Shown here one piece after another: positions 50,645 to 60,829 of a stretch of 64,000 nt of DNA; positions within the stretch are counted from its first letter, which is position 1, and each line of letters begins with the position of its first letter. Position numbers and translations under genes: made by a program. The notes beneath the pieces are model-generated. The model did not search any database. It saw only the letters and a program-made list of their open reading frames with translations, and was not told the origin of the DNA. The stretch comes from Chromatiales bacterium (GTDB lineage Bacteria; Pseudomonadota; Gammaproteobacteria; RBG-16-57-12), in NCBI GenBank assembly GCA_026989455.1, contig JALSJH010000019.1:14596-78595 (forward strand), in the 5' to 3' direction.

Positions 50645-51286
50645 ATGCAAACTTATACCCTGATCCTCGTTGAAGATGATGCCGATATATGTGATCGCCT
50701 TGTGCAGCTCATTGCCCAGCATGACAACTTAAAGCTGCTGGCGGTGGCCAGCAGTGTCGCTGAAGGGTTGACGGCTCTGGCAAAGCACAAGCCAGATATT
50801 CTACTGGTTGACCTTGGGCTGCCCGATGGGTCGGGCATCGAAATCATCAAGGCTATCGACAAGCAGCACCTTGATTGTGAGGCGATGGTTATTTCTGGCT
50901 TTCAGGATGAGTACCGCGTTTTTAGTGCGCTGGAAGCGGGAGCTAAGGCGTATATTCTCAAGCACGACAAAAGCCAGAAAATTACCGATGCTATTATCAA
51001 TATGATGGGTGGTGGTGCGCCCATCAGCCCGGTTATCGCCCGCCTGATGTTGCAGAAGTTTAAGGTGCCGAGGTCACATGAGCAGGGCTTGGTAGAGGCG
51101 TTGACTCACCGCCAGACAGATATTCTTAAGCTGGTAAGTCAGGGGTTTTCATCCCGTGAAATTGCTGAAAAACTGGGAATTAGCTATTACACGGTGACCA
51201 CCCACATCAAAAGCATTTATAATAAATTGCAGGTCAACAGCCGTACCGAGGCTCTCTATGAAGCCGCTAGGCTTGGGCTACTCTAA
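50645..51286 (+). CDS. NarL/LuxR-family response regulator
   Basis: VEDD, LVDLGLPDGSG, GAKAYILK, LTHRQ, TV.THIKSIY.KL. Confidence 0.93.
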   Translation: MQTYTLILVEDDADICDRLVQLIAQHDNLKLLAVASSVAEGLTALAKHKPDILLVDLGLPDGSGIEIIKAIDKQHLDCEAMVISGFQDEYRVFSALEAGAKAYILKHDKSQKITDAIINMMGGGAPISPVIARLMLQKFKVPRSHEQGLVEALTHRQTDILKLVSQGFSSREIAEKLGISYYTVTTHIKSIYNKLQVNSRTEALYEAARLGLL

Positions 51287-51320
51287 GGAAGCGCTGAACA
51301 CGTCATGAATATTTTTTGTC
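51287..51320 (-). mobile_element. MITE family A terminal remnant at the regulator stop codon
   Basis: CTAA|GGAAGCGCTGAACACGTCATGAATATTTTTTG. Confidence 0.7.
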
Positions 51321-51336
51321 GGAATGAACGCGTTTT

Positions 51337-53208
51337 ATGTGGTTAAGCGGCAACAAAAGCGGAGTATTCATTGCTCTTTTTTGTTATGGATTGGCGCTCA
51401 ATTATCTGGTGTTTCACCTTCCCATTACTTTTTTTAAAGCCCCGGATGTCGGACTTGTGCAGGATGTTGAGGTGATTGCCAGTGAAGTGGCTCTGCCCGC
51501 TGATTTGCCTCAGGTTAATTGGAAGCCTGTGTCTCTGCCCGATAATGGGTATCAAAATCAGCGGCAGCTGGAGCAGGTCTGGTATCGGGCCACTGTTGCT
51601 TTGGATGATGTCGGTGTCGATATATGGGCACTCTACTTTCCATTGGTTGTGCACAACGCTGCCGTGTTCATTAATGGAGTCTGGGTTGGACAGGCTGGGC
51701 CATTTGGCAAGCCGACTGCTCGGCACCATAACAACCCTTTGTTGTTTAGCTTCTCTCCCGCACTGCTGAAGGAAGGGGAGAATCGGATTGATATCCGTCT
51801 CCAGACATCATTTCACGAGCAGGGCTATTTAGATCGCTTTTACCTCGCACCAGAGAGCCAACTGAGCGCTATTTATGCCTGGAAGCACTTTGTCCGCATT
51901 GATCTGATTCAGTGGATCACCATGGCCATGTACCTGATGTCGGCTATTGTTTTCTTCTTTTGGTTGGCACGTCCGCAAGACAGCATCTATGGCCTGTTCT
52001 CCTTAGAGCTGTTTCTTTGGGCGACACACAACCTCAATCTGTTTATTACTGAAATCCCCGTATCTGCGCGCCTGTGGGAAGCGATGACGATGAGTACCTT
52101 GGGTTGGGCCGTTATCGCAATGATTCTCTTTAATCATCGTTATGTTGGGCAGGGCAATGCGCGCATTGAAAAGTTTATCCTGATCTTTTCAGTGTTTGGC
52201 ATTGGTCTGTTTTTTCTGCCCGATATCGGCAGTATCCTGCACATCGGTTACCGTGTCTGGGACGTTTTTCTGGTGATTTTTGGCTGTTACGCTATTTTTC
52301 ATCTACTTAAAGCCTATGGGCACAGGCCAAATGTCGACCTCCTCCTAATGCTGCTGGTGGGGTTTCCCATACTTATTTTCGGACTCCATGACATATTGGT
52401 GTTGAACCACATTATTGACCGACGTGAAGGTCTGATCATCCAATACAGCGCTATTCCGGCCGTGTTGCTGTTTAGTTGGTTTCTGATACGGCGTTTTGTG
52501 CAGTCAATCGACCGAGCTGAACAGCTGGCCGAGACCCTTGATCAGCGGGTGCGAACCAAACAGTTGCAACTACAATCGCAATATGAAGAGCTCCAATCTG
52601 TGCGGGAGGAGGGGCTGCTGCTGAAGGAGCGAGAGCGCATCATGCGTGACATGCATGATGGTATTGGTGGGCAGTTGGTTTCAGTGGTTAGTCTGTTACA
52701 GGAGCAACCGGGCGATCTTTATAAAAGGGTGCGTGAGAAAGTACAGCATAGCTTGACAGATCTGCGTCTAGTTATCGATTCACTCGACCCTTTGCTCAGT
52801 GACCTGCCGACCCTACTGGGGATGATGCGTGTGCGCTTGGTTGATCAACTAGAGGCGGCAAATATCACGCTGGAGTGGGCGGTCACTGAGCTGCCGGAGA
52901 TAAAAAATATGAGTCCCAGACGCAGCCTACACATTATGCGTATCGTGCAGGAGTCGATAACCAACAGCATAAAGCACGCTCAGTCGGAAAGAATCATGTT
53001 GGCCACAGGGGTGATTGGCGCAAAAAACCAGCAGGTGTATGTGGATGTAATGGATTATGGGGTGGGTATTATTGATGGCTTGGCGGCGGCAAGTTTACAA
53101 GGGCGGGGCATTAAGAATATGCAATATCGTGCAGAGCAGCTGGGCGCGACACTGGATATCGATTCCAGCAGAAGTGGCACGCGGATTCGGTTGTTGATGG
53201 ATGTATAG
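51337..53208 (+). CDS. Sensor histidine kinase (7TM-DISM-like: periplasmic sugar-binding-like domain, multi-TM region, HisKA_3)
   Basis: WYR...AVFINGVWVG...GENRIDIRL; about 7 TM helices; ERIMRDMHDGIG; QESITNSIKH, DYGVG, GRGIKNM. Confidence 0.88.
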   Translation: MWLSGNKSGVFIALFCYGLALNYLVFHLPITFFKAPDVGLVQDVEVIASEVALPADLPQVNWKPVSLPDNGYQNQRQLEQVWYRATVALDDVGVDIWALYFPLVVHNAAVFINGVWVGQAGPFGKPTARHHNNPLLFSFSPALLKEGENRIDIRLQTSFHEQGYLDRFYLAPESQLSAIYAWKHFVRIDLIQWITMAMYLMSAIVFFFWLARPQDSIYGLFSLELFLWATHNLNLFITEIPVSARLWEAMTMSTLGWAVIAMILFNHRYVGQGNARIEKFILIFSVFGIGLFFLPDIGSILHIGYRVWDVFLVIFGCYAIFHLLKAYGHRPNVDLLLMLLVGFPILIFGLHDILVLNHIIDRREGLIIQYSAIPAVLLFSWFLIRRFVQSIDRAEQLAETLDQRVRTKQLQLQSQYEELQSVREEGLLLKERERIMRDMHDGIGGQLVSVVSLLQEQPGDLYKRVREKVQHSLTDLRLVIDSLDPLLSDLPTLLGMMRVRLVDQLEAANITLEWAVTELPEIKNMSPRRSLHIMRIVQESITNSIKHAQSERIMLATGVIGAKNQQVYVDVMDYGVGIIDGLAAASLQGRGIKNMQYRAEQLGATLDIDSSRSGTRIRLLMDV

Positions 53209-53224
53209 AACCCCTGCTGTAGAG

Positions 53225-53809
53225 TTACTCCCTCACCGGGCGTTTCTGTAGTTTTCTCTGTAGTGTTCGGCGATGCATTCCAAGGCGGCGCGCCGCTTCG
53301 GATATGTTGTTGTTGCAATCCATCAACACCCTTTGTAGGTGCTCCCACTCTAACCGATTGACTGACTTTGGTTTCTGAGTAATTTTCATTGAGGCATCAC
53401 CCTCTTCACGACCAAAAGCGTTGATGACCTCTTCGGTATCAGCGGGCTTGGTTAAATAGTGGATAGCTCCCAGCTTAACGGCTTCAACGGCAGTGGCTAC
53501 ACTGGAGTAGCCGGTGAGTACGACAATTTTTGTGTGGCTGTCGAGCTGCTTCAACATCTCAACCATCACCAGACCAGAAGGACCCGGCATATTCAGATCA
53601 ACAACTGCAAATTCAGGCGGGCTTTGTTGGGCGAGCTCACTGCCTTGAGTTACATCGTATGCAAGCGTGACTTGAAAACCCTGGCGCTCAAGTGCCTGAC
53701 TAAGTACACGGCAGAAAACCTCATCATCATCCACCAGTAGTAATGAAGGGCGGTCCACTATTTCGTTGTTATTGGTCTCTATCAGGGTATCCATCTGCCG
53801 GGCTCTCAA
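53225..53809 (-). CDS. regA: RegA/PrrA-family redox response regulator (start may be 53794)
   Basis: LTGYSSVATAVEAVKLGA, WEHLQRVL, NISEAARRLGMHRRTLQRKL. Confidence 0.92.
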   Translation of the reverse strand: MRARQMDTLIETNNNEIVDRPSLLLVDDDEVFCRVLSQALERQGFQVTLAYDVTQGSELAQQSPPEFAVVDLNMPGPSGLVMVEMLKQLDSHTKIVVLTGYSSVATAVEAVKLGAIHYLTKPADTEEVINAFGREEGDASMKITQKPKSVNRLEWEHLQRVLMDCNNNISEAARRLGMHRRTLQRKLQKRPVRE

Positions 53810-55101
53810 ATAAGTAGTTTTTGTAATGGCAAAGTAACCGCTGTACAGGCACCACCACCCTCACGGTTGGTGAGTTCTATCTCACCGCCTAAGCGATGGA
53901 TGACTGAATAGGCAAGAAATAGCCCAAGCCCCATTCCCTGGTCACCCTCTTTGGTGGTGAAGATCGAGCGTCCTGCACGGGCATTGGTCTCATCATCAAT
54001 ACCCGCCCCTCGATCAAGCACTGTTAACTGGAGCAGGTTTTCATGCCACTGTGCAGTGATCTCAATATCATGGGCCGATGCGTCAGCGGCATTATTAAAT
54101 ATGTTGATAAGCGCCTGTGTCAATGTCTGTTCTGCAATTAATAGTGGAGGGGGTTGCTCACCTTTCAGGCTGATTAGTAGCGAAATACCCGGGCGCATCT
54201 GTTGCCACTGTCGAATGATCTCATCAAGGTATTCATCCAGCGGTAGGCTTTTTCCTGATGCTGCTTGCAGTTGCCCTGCGGAGGCTGAAAGCGTTGAGAG
54301 CGTCTCTTTGCAGCGCTGAACTTGTGAGCGTAGGGTGGATAATTGCTCACTGAGGGCTTTATCCTCTGCATATTGATGTTCCAGTTCGCTGGCTAATATG
54401 GCAATAGTACCTAAGGGGGTGCCCAGTTCGTGGGCTGCCCCTGCAGCTAGAGAACCCAGCGCTACCAGTTGTTCGTCACGCAGTGATTTCTCTTTGGTTT
54501 CGGCGAGAATATGGTCTCGTTCTCGCAGGGTATGCCCCATTTTTGCCGCAAAGGTGGCGATTAACGCAGCGCTAATGACAAAACCCCACCACATGCCAAT
54601 AATGTGGATATTAAAGTGCTCTGTTGTATGGTGTTCGAGTGGAATGAAGGGCTGATAGTTAAACAGTAAAAAGCTGTAAGCGGCGATGGTGAGGAGTGCA
54701 ATGCTCCAGATATAGCGCATAGAGAGCACCGAGGCGGCAACCACAAGCGGGAGCAGAAACATAAGCGTGAACGGATTGGTAGAGCCACCACTAAAATAGA
54801 GCAGCAGGGTTAAAATGGCGACATCCAGAATTAGCTGAATAAAAAAACGTGAATCGGCAATGGCCTCCATCTTCTTGATATGCCACCCGGTCCAGAGCGA
54901 TAAGCCGCTCCAGAGAGCAAGGATCAGTAGCAGTGGCCAGATTGCAGATTGCAGATGCAGCGTAAAGGTGACAACCAGCAAGGTAAGCAGCCAGCTGCCG
55001 ATAGCAACGCCCCTGAGTACCAGTAAACGGCGCATGTTGAGGTGTGTGGTGTGCTGGTGTACATCGTGGTAACTATTCAGTGTGTTCATCTTTTGTCTCA
55101 C
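53806..55101 (-). CDS. regB: RegB/PrrB-family sensor kinase
   Basis: GGSTNPF quinone-binding motif, AHELGTPL, GMGLGLF. Confidence 0.9.
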   Translation of the reverse strand: MRQKMNTLNSYHDVHQHTTHLNMRRLLVLRGVAIGSWLLTLLVVTFTLHLQSAIWPLLLILALWSGLSLWTGWHIKKMEAIADSRFFIQLILDVAILTLLLYFSGGSTNPFTLMFLLPLVVAASVLSMRYIWSIALLTIAAYSFLLFNYQPFIPLEHHTTEHFNIHIIGMWWGFVISAALIATFAAKMGHTLRERDHILAETKEKSLRDEQLVALGSLAAGAAHELGTPLGTIAILASELEHQYAEDKALSEQLSTLRSQVQRCKETLSTLSASAGQLQAASGKSLPLDEYLDEIIRQWQQMRPGISLLISLKGEQPPPLLIAEQTLTQALINIFNNAADASAHDIEITAQWHENLLQLTVLDRGAGIDDETNARAGRSIFTTKEGDQGMGLGLFLAYSVIHRLGGEIELTNREGGGACTAVTLPLQKLLI

Positions 55102-55224
55102 TTCATCGCGTTCAATTAGCCACAGATTCCCTATATGCTCCCTCTTTTCGTGCGAAAATGCCTCGGTTTGAAAGGAAATATAAACACGTTAAATAGTGAC
55201 AACTTATGAAGTGTTCGGGGGTAG

Positions 55225-56286
55225 TCATTTTTTCTCTTTTTCGGTCAATCTTTTGAGGTTGCTTATCACCTGCTCGGTTCGTAGGATGTTGATTTGTGCT
55301 TGTTTGTTATCCGGGTCAAGTTTTAGTACTTGATTCCAACGGGTAATGGCATCAGCAAACTGATCCTGACGGTAATATTTTCTGCCCTGTTCCATGTGCT
55401 GTTCGACGGCCTGCTCGATCTCTTTGTGTAGCTGCTGTTTTAGTGGCTGGATCTTTTCACTGTTTCTGTTGATCGCTTCGGCCTGTTTTAGTAGCACAAT
55501 AGCTCGCTCCAGATCTCTTTTTTCCAAGGCGGCTGCTAGTTTTGAAGTTAACTCTCTGAGCCGTTGCCGTCTCTGCTGAGCTAGGCTCTGTTGCTTTAGC
55601 TCTATGCTCTCTTGATGCTGTTGAGTCAGTACCTTTTCCAGTGCTGCTTTGGCCTCTTTGCTCTCTGTTGTGGCGCTTAGCTGATAGGCTAGCGGCAGTG
55701 TCTGCTGGGCGAGAACTAGGTTCTCTTCTTGCAGTGCTTGCTTACCTGTTTTTAGTAACTTTTTGACCGTTAGTTGGGTTTTTTTACGGTATTCCAGAGA
55801 GCGTTTTTTGGCTTGTGAATTTTCAGGGTCGATGTGTAGCAGTTGTCGGTCAATGGTCATATTGGCATAGAGCGCTTCTGAGTTGGCGATGAGTCGCTCA
55901 GTCTCAAGACGCTGTTGCTCTTTTTTCTGAGTCGCTTGCCAGCGTACTTTTGCTTGTTTTAATACCGGGCTGTTGGGAATGCGGTGTTCCGCTTGTAATA
56001 GCAGCCGGTTAGCCTCTTCCCAGTGTTGGTCGGTGATCAGCTGTTCCAGTTTTTTTGGTAGGGCGGCCTCGTAGTTGGCGATCACTTTTTCGACCTGTTG
56101 GCGCTCATCCGGATTGTCGGCAGCTTGCAGGAGCGCTTGACTGTAATCACCACGGATAATGAGTTCAATGACATTCAGGTTGGAGGGTGGTGCCGGTTTT
56201 TTCTCTTTTATGGGAGCACAGGCGCTGAGGGTGCCCAGGATCAAGAGAAGCAGCGTATATTGAAAAAAAGTTTTATTTATCTGCAT
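55225..56286 (-). CDS. Helical TPR-containing lipoprotein
   Basis: LSAC lipobox; C-terminal TPR (AITRWNQVLKLDPDN). Confidence 0.75.
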   Translation of the reverse strand: MQINKTFFQYTLLLLILGTLSACAPIKEKKPAPPSNLNVIELIIRGDYSQALLQAADNPDERQQVEKVIANYEAALPKKLEQLITDQHWEEANRLLLQAEHRIPNSPVLKQAKVRWQATQKKEQQRLETERLIANSEALYANMTIDRQLLHIDPENSQAKKRSLEYRKKTQLTVKKLLKTGKQALQEENLVLAQQTLPLAYQLSATTESKEAKAALEKVLTQQHQESIELKQQSLAQQRRQRLRELTSKLAAALEKRDLERAIVLLKQAEAINRNSEKIQPLKQQLHKEIEQAVEQHMEQGRKYYRQDQFADAITRWNQVLKLDPDNKQAQINILRTEQVISNLKRLTEKEKK

Positions 56287-57784
56287 TTGATATTAGAGCT
56301 TTCTTGAATAGTTGATAACACTGCTCTCGCGCATCGCCAATGTCAGTGACCCAATAAGTCTCTACCGGCTCTTTTTTGCCTCGTAGCTTCAGTGTGCCAT
56401 GAGGGATGACGGCTGGCGTGTGCTTGGCGGCAGAGAGCTCATCCAGCAACTGCTGGGTGATGATGGTCTGGTTTGATTCGGCTGCCGAGGCCAGTCTGGA
56501 GGCCAAGTTTACGGTATCACCAATTACTGTGTAGTTCATCCTTTCGGGCGAACCAATATTTCCGGCTAACATCCGCCCACTATTCACCCCAATGTGGAAG
56601 TGCAATATTCGCAATCCGTGGCGCTGCCGATGCTGGTTGACCAGTGCGATCAGCTTTTGAATCACCACGGCGCAGCTTATGGCGTGGTAGCGGTGATCCG
56701 AGTCATTGTCAGGGACACCGAACAGCAGCATGGCACAATCGCCAATATATTTATCCACATGTCCTTGGAAGAAGTCGGCAGCTTTGCTGATGTAGCTGAA
56801 GTAGTCATTAAGTAGGGTGCTCAGTTCATCTGGTGGTAATTTTTCTGAAAGCTGGGTAAATCCCACCACATCGGCAAACAGTACGCTGGCATCGACATAG
56901 CGCCCTCCCAGTTGCTCCCACTGGGTGTCGTGAACGATTGTTTTGGCCAGCGAGGGGGAGACGTAGCGAGAGAAGCTCTCCTCCAGTACACCCCTTTGCC
57001 GCATCCCCTCCTGCATTTTACTAAAAGAGACAAAGAGTCGCTCTACTTCATCAGCCGGTTGGCCGGTTGTTTCGGATATCTCACTCATCTCACCATGGTC
57101 GATGGATGCGCTGGCCTTGGCCATGTTTGTAATAGGGCGTGTAACCCGCCGCCCTAGGTAGAGTGAGATGATGGTGCCAAATATCAGCAGTATCGCGGTT
57201 GTTATCCCGAGTGCTTTTATGATCTGTTGTTGGGCTTGGCGCATTTTGGACTGACTTAAGGTGATTAAACCGTAGCCAATAACCACATCCTTAAACAGCG
57301 CGGGAGCTACGAATGCGCTCTTCTTTTCTATCCCGCCATCACGGTAGGTGTGTTGCCACTGAATGCGGGCTGATTTTTGTAGTGCCTCTTCCGAGAGCTT
57401 GCGCGGGGCAACGCCTGCCAGCGCCAGTGCCTCTCCCTGTTCCGAGTAGAGAGCCACACCCAGCACACTTTTATCATTTAAAAGATTGTTGGCAATCACC
57501 TCCAGCGCCAGCGGGTCGTTAGCCAGTAGCGAGTCTTTGGCCGACTCTACCATCTGTTTGGCAACAGTCTCCCCAAGCTCCAAATATTGTTGGTCAATAA
57601 GGCGTGAATGGTTGTGGGTGATGATTACGCCGAGCAGAATCATGCTGCTGCTGATCAAGAGTGTAAATAACAGTGCCAGTTTATAGGCGATGGGCATCTT
57701 TGCCAGTAAGCGAGCAGGGCGGTTTTTGGGTTGTTTAATGGCGTTATCTGGCGTGGGGTGGGACATAATACTAATCAGACTCAC
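56273..57784 (-). CDS. Membrane class III adenylate cyclase (2TM, HAMP)
   Basis: FSRYVS, FADVVGFT, DKYIGDC, GNIGS..RMNYTVIGDTVNLASRL, LRGK. Confidence 0.92.
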   Translation of the reverse strand: MSLISIMSHPTPDNAIKQPKNRPARLLAKMPIAYKLALLFTLLISSSMILLGVIITHNHSRLIDQQYLELGETVAKQMVESAKDSLLANDPLALEVIANNLLNDKSVLGVALYSEQGEALALAGVAPRKLSEEALQKSARIQWQHTYRDGGIEKKSAFVAPALFKDVVIGYGLITLSQSKMRQAQQQIIKALGITTAILLIFGTIISLYLGRRVTRPITNMAKASASIDHGEMSEISETTGQPADEVERLFVSFSKMQEGMRQRGVLEESFSRYVSPSLAKTIVHDTQWEQLGGRYVDASVLFADVVGFTQLSEKLPPDELSTLLNDYFSYISKAADFFQGHVDKYIGDCAMLLFGVPDNDSDHRYHAISCAVVIQKLIALVNQHRQRHGLRILHFHIGVNSGRMLAGNIGSPERMNYTVIGDTVNLASRLASAAESNQTIITQQLLDELSAAKHTPAVIPHGTLKLRGKKEPVETYWVTDIGDAREQCYQLFKKALISNADK

Positions 57785-57944
57785 TCGATATCCAAAATGG
57801 CAGTGAAAGAATACCTTTAATTTAAAGCATCAACACTCTATCACAGATTATATAAATTGAGTGACACCGCGCAATTACGGTTGAGTCAAAATAGAGCAGG
57901 AGCCCGTGTTTATCTCGGCCCCTGAGCGCTATTTGAGCTGCGCA

Positions 57945-58742
57945 TTAGCGCTGGAGATTTTCAGGTAGCAGTGGTTTGATGGTGGAGAGGATGCCGTGGA
58001 ATACTTTGGGGCTGCCGGCGATAATGTTACCGGATTTTAGGTAGTTCTCACCGCCCGCAAAGTCGGTTACGATGCCGCCAGCTTCTTGTATGATGAGAGT
58101 GCCTGCGGCAATATCCCAAGGCTGGAGATTAAACTCCCAGAAGCCATCGATGCGGCCAGCGGCCACGTAGGCAAGGTCAAGTGCCGCAGAGCCGGGGCGG
58201 CGGATGCCGGCTGTTTTGGGTATTAACGCTTCCAGGGTTTTCATGTAGCTGTCAAGGTAGCTGAAGTCACTATAGGGGAAGCCTGTGCCGAGGAGTGCGC
58301 CCTCAAGGCTGCGGCGTTTGGTGACACGCAGTTTTCGGTCATTCAGCTTTGCGCCACCACCCCGGCTGGCGGTAAAGGTTTCACGGCGCATGGGGTCATA
58401 AATGACAGCAACTTCCAAACGCTCTTTGTGCATCAATGCAATTGAAACGGCAAATTGTGGGAAGCCGTGCAGGAAGTTGGTTGTGCCATCCAGCGGGTCG
58501 ATGATCCACTGATACTCGTTACCCTCTTGGAGGCCGCTCTCTTCCGCAAGAATGGCGTGCTCAGGATAGGCTTTTTTGAGGGTGTCGATAATCTCCCGTT
58601 CCGCATGTCGGTCAACATCGCTAACAAAGTCATTGTGGGACTTCGAAGTCACATCCAATGTGTCACAGAGTTCAAGAGAGCGCTCGATAAAATCACCCGC
58701 ACGATGTGCGGCTCGGATAGCGATATTCAGCATTGGATTCAT
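57945..58742 (-). CDS. suhB: Inositol monophosphatase family protein SuhB
   Basis: MNPMLNIAIRAA, WIIDPLDGTTNF, RRPGSAALD, WDIAAG. Confidence 0.96.
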   Translation of the reverse strand: MNPMLNIAIRAAHRAGDFIERSLELCDTLDVTSKSHNDFVSDVDRHAEREIIDTLKKAYPEHAILAEESGLQEGNEYQWIIDPLDGTTNFLHGFPQFAVSIALMHKERLEVAVIYDPMRRETFTASRGGGAKLNDRKLRVTKRRSLEGALLGTGFPYSDFSYLDSYMKTLEALIPKTAGIRRPGSAALDLAYVAAGRIDGFWEFNLQPWDIAAGTLIIQEAGGIVTDFAGGENYLKSGNIIAGSPKVFHGILSTIKPLLPENLQR

Positions 58743-58932
58743 TATTTTGTTCTCTCATGGTTGGCGAACCTGCGGGCGCGGTATTCTAACAGTCTTTGCA
58801 CGGCCATGAAACGTCGATCTGCGGAATTTGCTATCATGGGGCGCTCTGGGTCAATTCAAGGTAGATTTGATACCGTACAGACTCTTTCTAAAATCAATCA
58901 ACGTGATCGTTCAAAGCGATATGTGGAGCGCC

Positions 58933-59676
58933 ATGAAGTTAGCGAATATTCGAATCGTAATGGTTGAGACAACGCACCCGGGGAATATCGGCGCGTGTGC
59001 TCGGGCGATGAAAAACATGGGGCTTTCACGTCTTCATTTGGTTAAGCCTGCCCGTTTCCCTGATAATGAGGCTTTTGCCCGGGCAGCAGGTGCCAGCGAC
59101 CTATTAGATCAGGCCGTTGTCTGTGATTCACTAGCGCAGGCGGTAGAGACCTGTGGCGTGGTGATTGGTGCCAGTGCGCGCCGTCGCTCAATTGCGTGGC
59201 CTGAGTTTAACCCCCGTGAGTGTGCCGAATTTGTTGCGCCACAGAGTGATGAGGTCGATATTGCAATTGTATTTGGTCGTGAGAGCAGTGGCCTCACCAA
59301 TGAAGAGCTGGATTGCTGTAGTCATCTTGTTCACATCCCCAGCAATGAAGCGTTTTCATCACTCAACGTGGCGGCCGCTATTCAGGTGGTCTGTTATGAG
59401 TTGCGGATGCAGTTACTACAGGGCGAGGGTGTACAGGGCGAGCAGGCGGTGCTAGATCAGCTCGCTACATCTGAAGAGCTAGAGGGGATGTATGAACAGA
59501 TGCAGCAGGTGTTGATCGAGATCGACTTTCTCGATGCGGATAAACCTCGTAAACTAATGAGAAGGCTGCGTCGCCTCTACAATAGGACCGCACTTGAACG
59601 CCGTGAGGTGAATATCCTGCGGGGTATATTGAGCGCCGCTCAGCGCCAGGCGCGTCTTGCAGCGGATAGTCAGTAG
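58933..59676 (+). CDS. trmJ: tRNA (cytidine/uridine-2'-O)-methyltransferase TrmJ (start placed at ATG 58933)
   Basis: HPGNIGACARAMKNMG, FGRESSGLTNEE, SSLNVAAA, ILRGIL. Confidence 0.94.
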   Translation: MKLANIRIVMVETTHPGNIGACARAMKNMGLSRLHLVKPARFPDNEAFARAAGASDLLDQAVVCDSLAQAVETCGVVIGASARRRSIAWPEFNPRECAEFVAPQSDEVDIAIVFGRESSGLTNEELDCCSHLVHIPSNEAFSSLNVAAAIQVVCYELRMQLLQGEGVQGEQAVLDQLATSEELEGMYEQMQQVLIEIDFLDADKPRKLMRRLRRLYNRTALERREVNILRGILSAAQRQARLAADSQ

Positions 59677-59741
59677 TTTTGTGCGGGATGCCGTTCCTGC
59701 CAAGTGCTCGTTAAAGCGATTTAATTGATAAAGAAACGATT

Positions 59742-60521
59742 ATGTTTGCACGTCTGAAAGAAGATATTCTTTGCGTATTTGAGCGGGATCCCGCCGCACG
59801 TAACATGTTTGAAGTGCTGACCACCTATCCAGGTCTACATGCACTTATTTTCCATCGTCTGGCGCACTGGCTCTGGGGCATTGGCTTGAAATGGCTGGCG
59901 CGCATGGTGTCGTATATTTCACGTTGGTTTACCGGTATTGAAATTCATCCGGGTGTAAAAATAGGCCGGCGCTTTTTTATCGACCACGGCATGGGGGTTG
60001 TGATTGGAGAGACGGCGGAAATTGGCGATGACTGCACGCTCTATCATGGGGTCACGCTAGGTGGCACACGTTGGAACAAAGGAAAACGCCACCCGACCTT
60101 GCAGGCCAATGTGATTGTGGGTGCAGGGGCAAAAGTGTTAGGGCCAATTACCATCGGTGAGGGTGCGCGTATTGGCTCTAATGCGGTGGTGGTTAAGTCG
60201 GTTGAGGCGGAGGCTACTGTGGTGGGAATCCCCGGGCGGGTAGTGAGTAAAAAAGCATCACCCAGTGATGAACAGGTGCGTAATCGACAAAAGATTGCAG
60301 AAAAGATGGGGTTCGATGCCTACGGTGCCACCAGCGATATGCCCGACCCGGTTGCCAATGCGATGCACCTGATGTTGGATCATATCCATGCCATGGATAA
60401 AAACATGGAGAGTCTCTGCAAGGCGATGGAGAGAGAGGGGCTTAAGGTGAATCAGGTGAGGTTGCCAGATATAGAGGCGTGCGAGCTAACACAGAAAGAG
60501 AAAAAAGAGCCACCGCAGTAG
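59742..60521 (+). CDS. cysE: Serine O-acetyltransferase
   Basis: [39 protein letters not shown]. Confidence 0.96.
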   Translation: MFARLKEDILCVFERDPAARNMFEVLTTYPGLHALIFHRLAHWLWGIGLKWLARMVSYISRWFTGIEIHPGVKIGRRFFIDHGMGVVIGETAEIGDDCTLYHGVTLGGTRWNKGKRHPTLQANVIVGAGAKVLGPITIGEGARIGSNAVVVKSVEAEATVVGIPGRVVSKKASPSDEQVRNRQKIAEKMGFDAYGATSDMPDPVANAMHLMLDHIHAMDKNMESLCKAMEREGLKVNQVRLPDIEACELTQKEKKEPPQ

Positions 60522-60552
60522 CGATTTGTCCTCTCTTTTTTTGTTGGGCTGT

Positions 60553-60586
60553 AAAGTTGACAAAAACAGTAAGGTAAGAGTAGTAT
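60553..60586 (+). promoter_or_regulatory. IscR type-1-like site overlapping the sigma70 -35 of the isc promoter
   Basis: AAAGTTGACAAAAACAGTAAGGTAA matches 21/25 of ATASYYGACTRWWWYAGTCRRSTAT; TTGACA at 60557, TAGTAT at 60581. Confidence 0.7.
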
Positions 60587-60829
60587 CCCTCCAGTTGCTT
60601 AAGTTTATTGTTTTACCGGGTTTTATTCAATTGCAAAAAATATGTTGAGTTACCCGGTAACCTGTAACTATTCAGCGCGTTTATATTTTGCCTCAAATTG
60701 AGGCGCTTTCGCACGCAAAGAGGGAGCTATAGGGAATAGGCGACCGATTGAGTACGAAAATAACGAAGAGTTGGGGCAAAAGATGAATACGTTGAGTAGT
60801 TACATTGAATTTTTAATGCAGGTGTCTGA

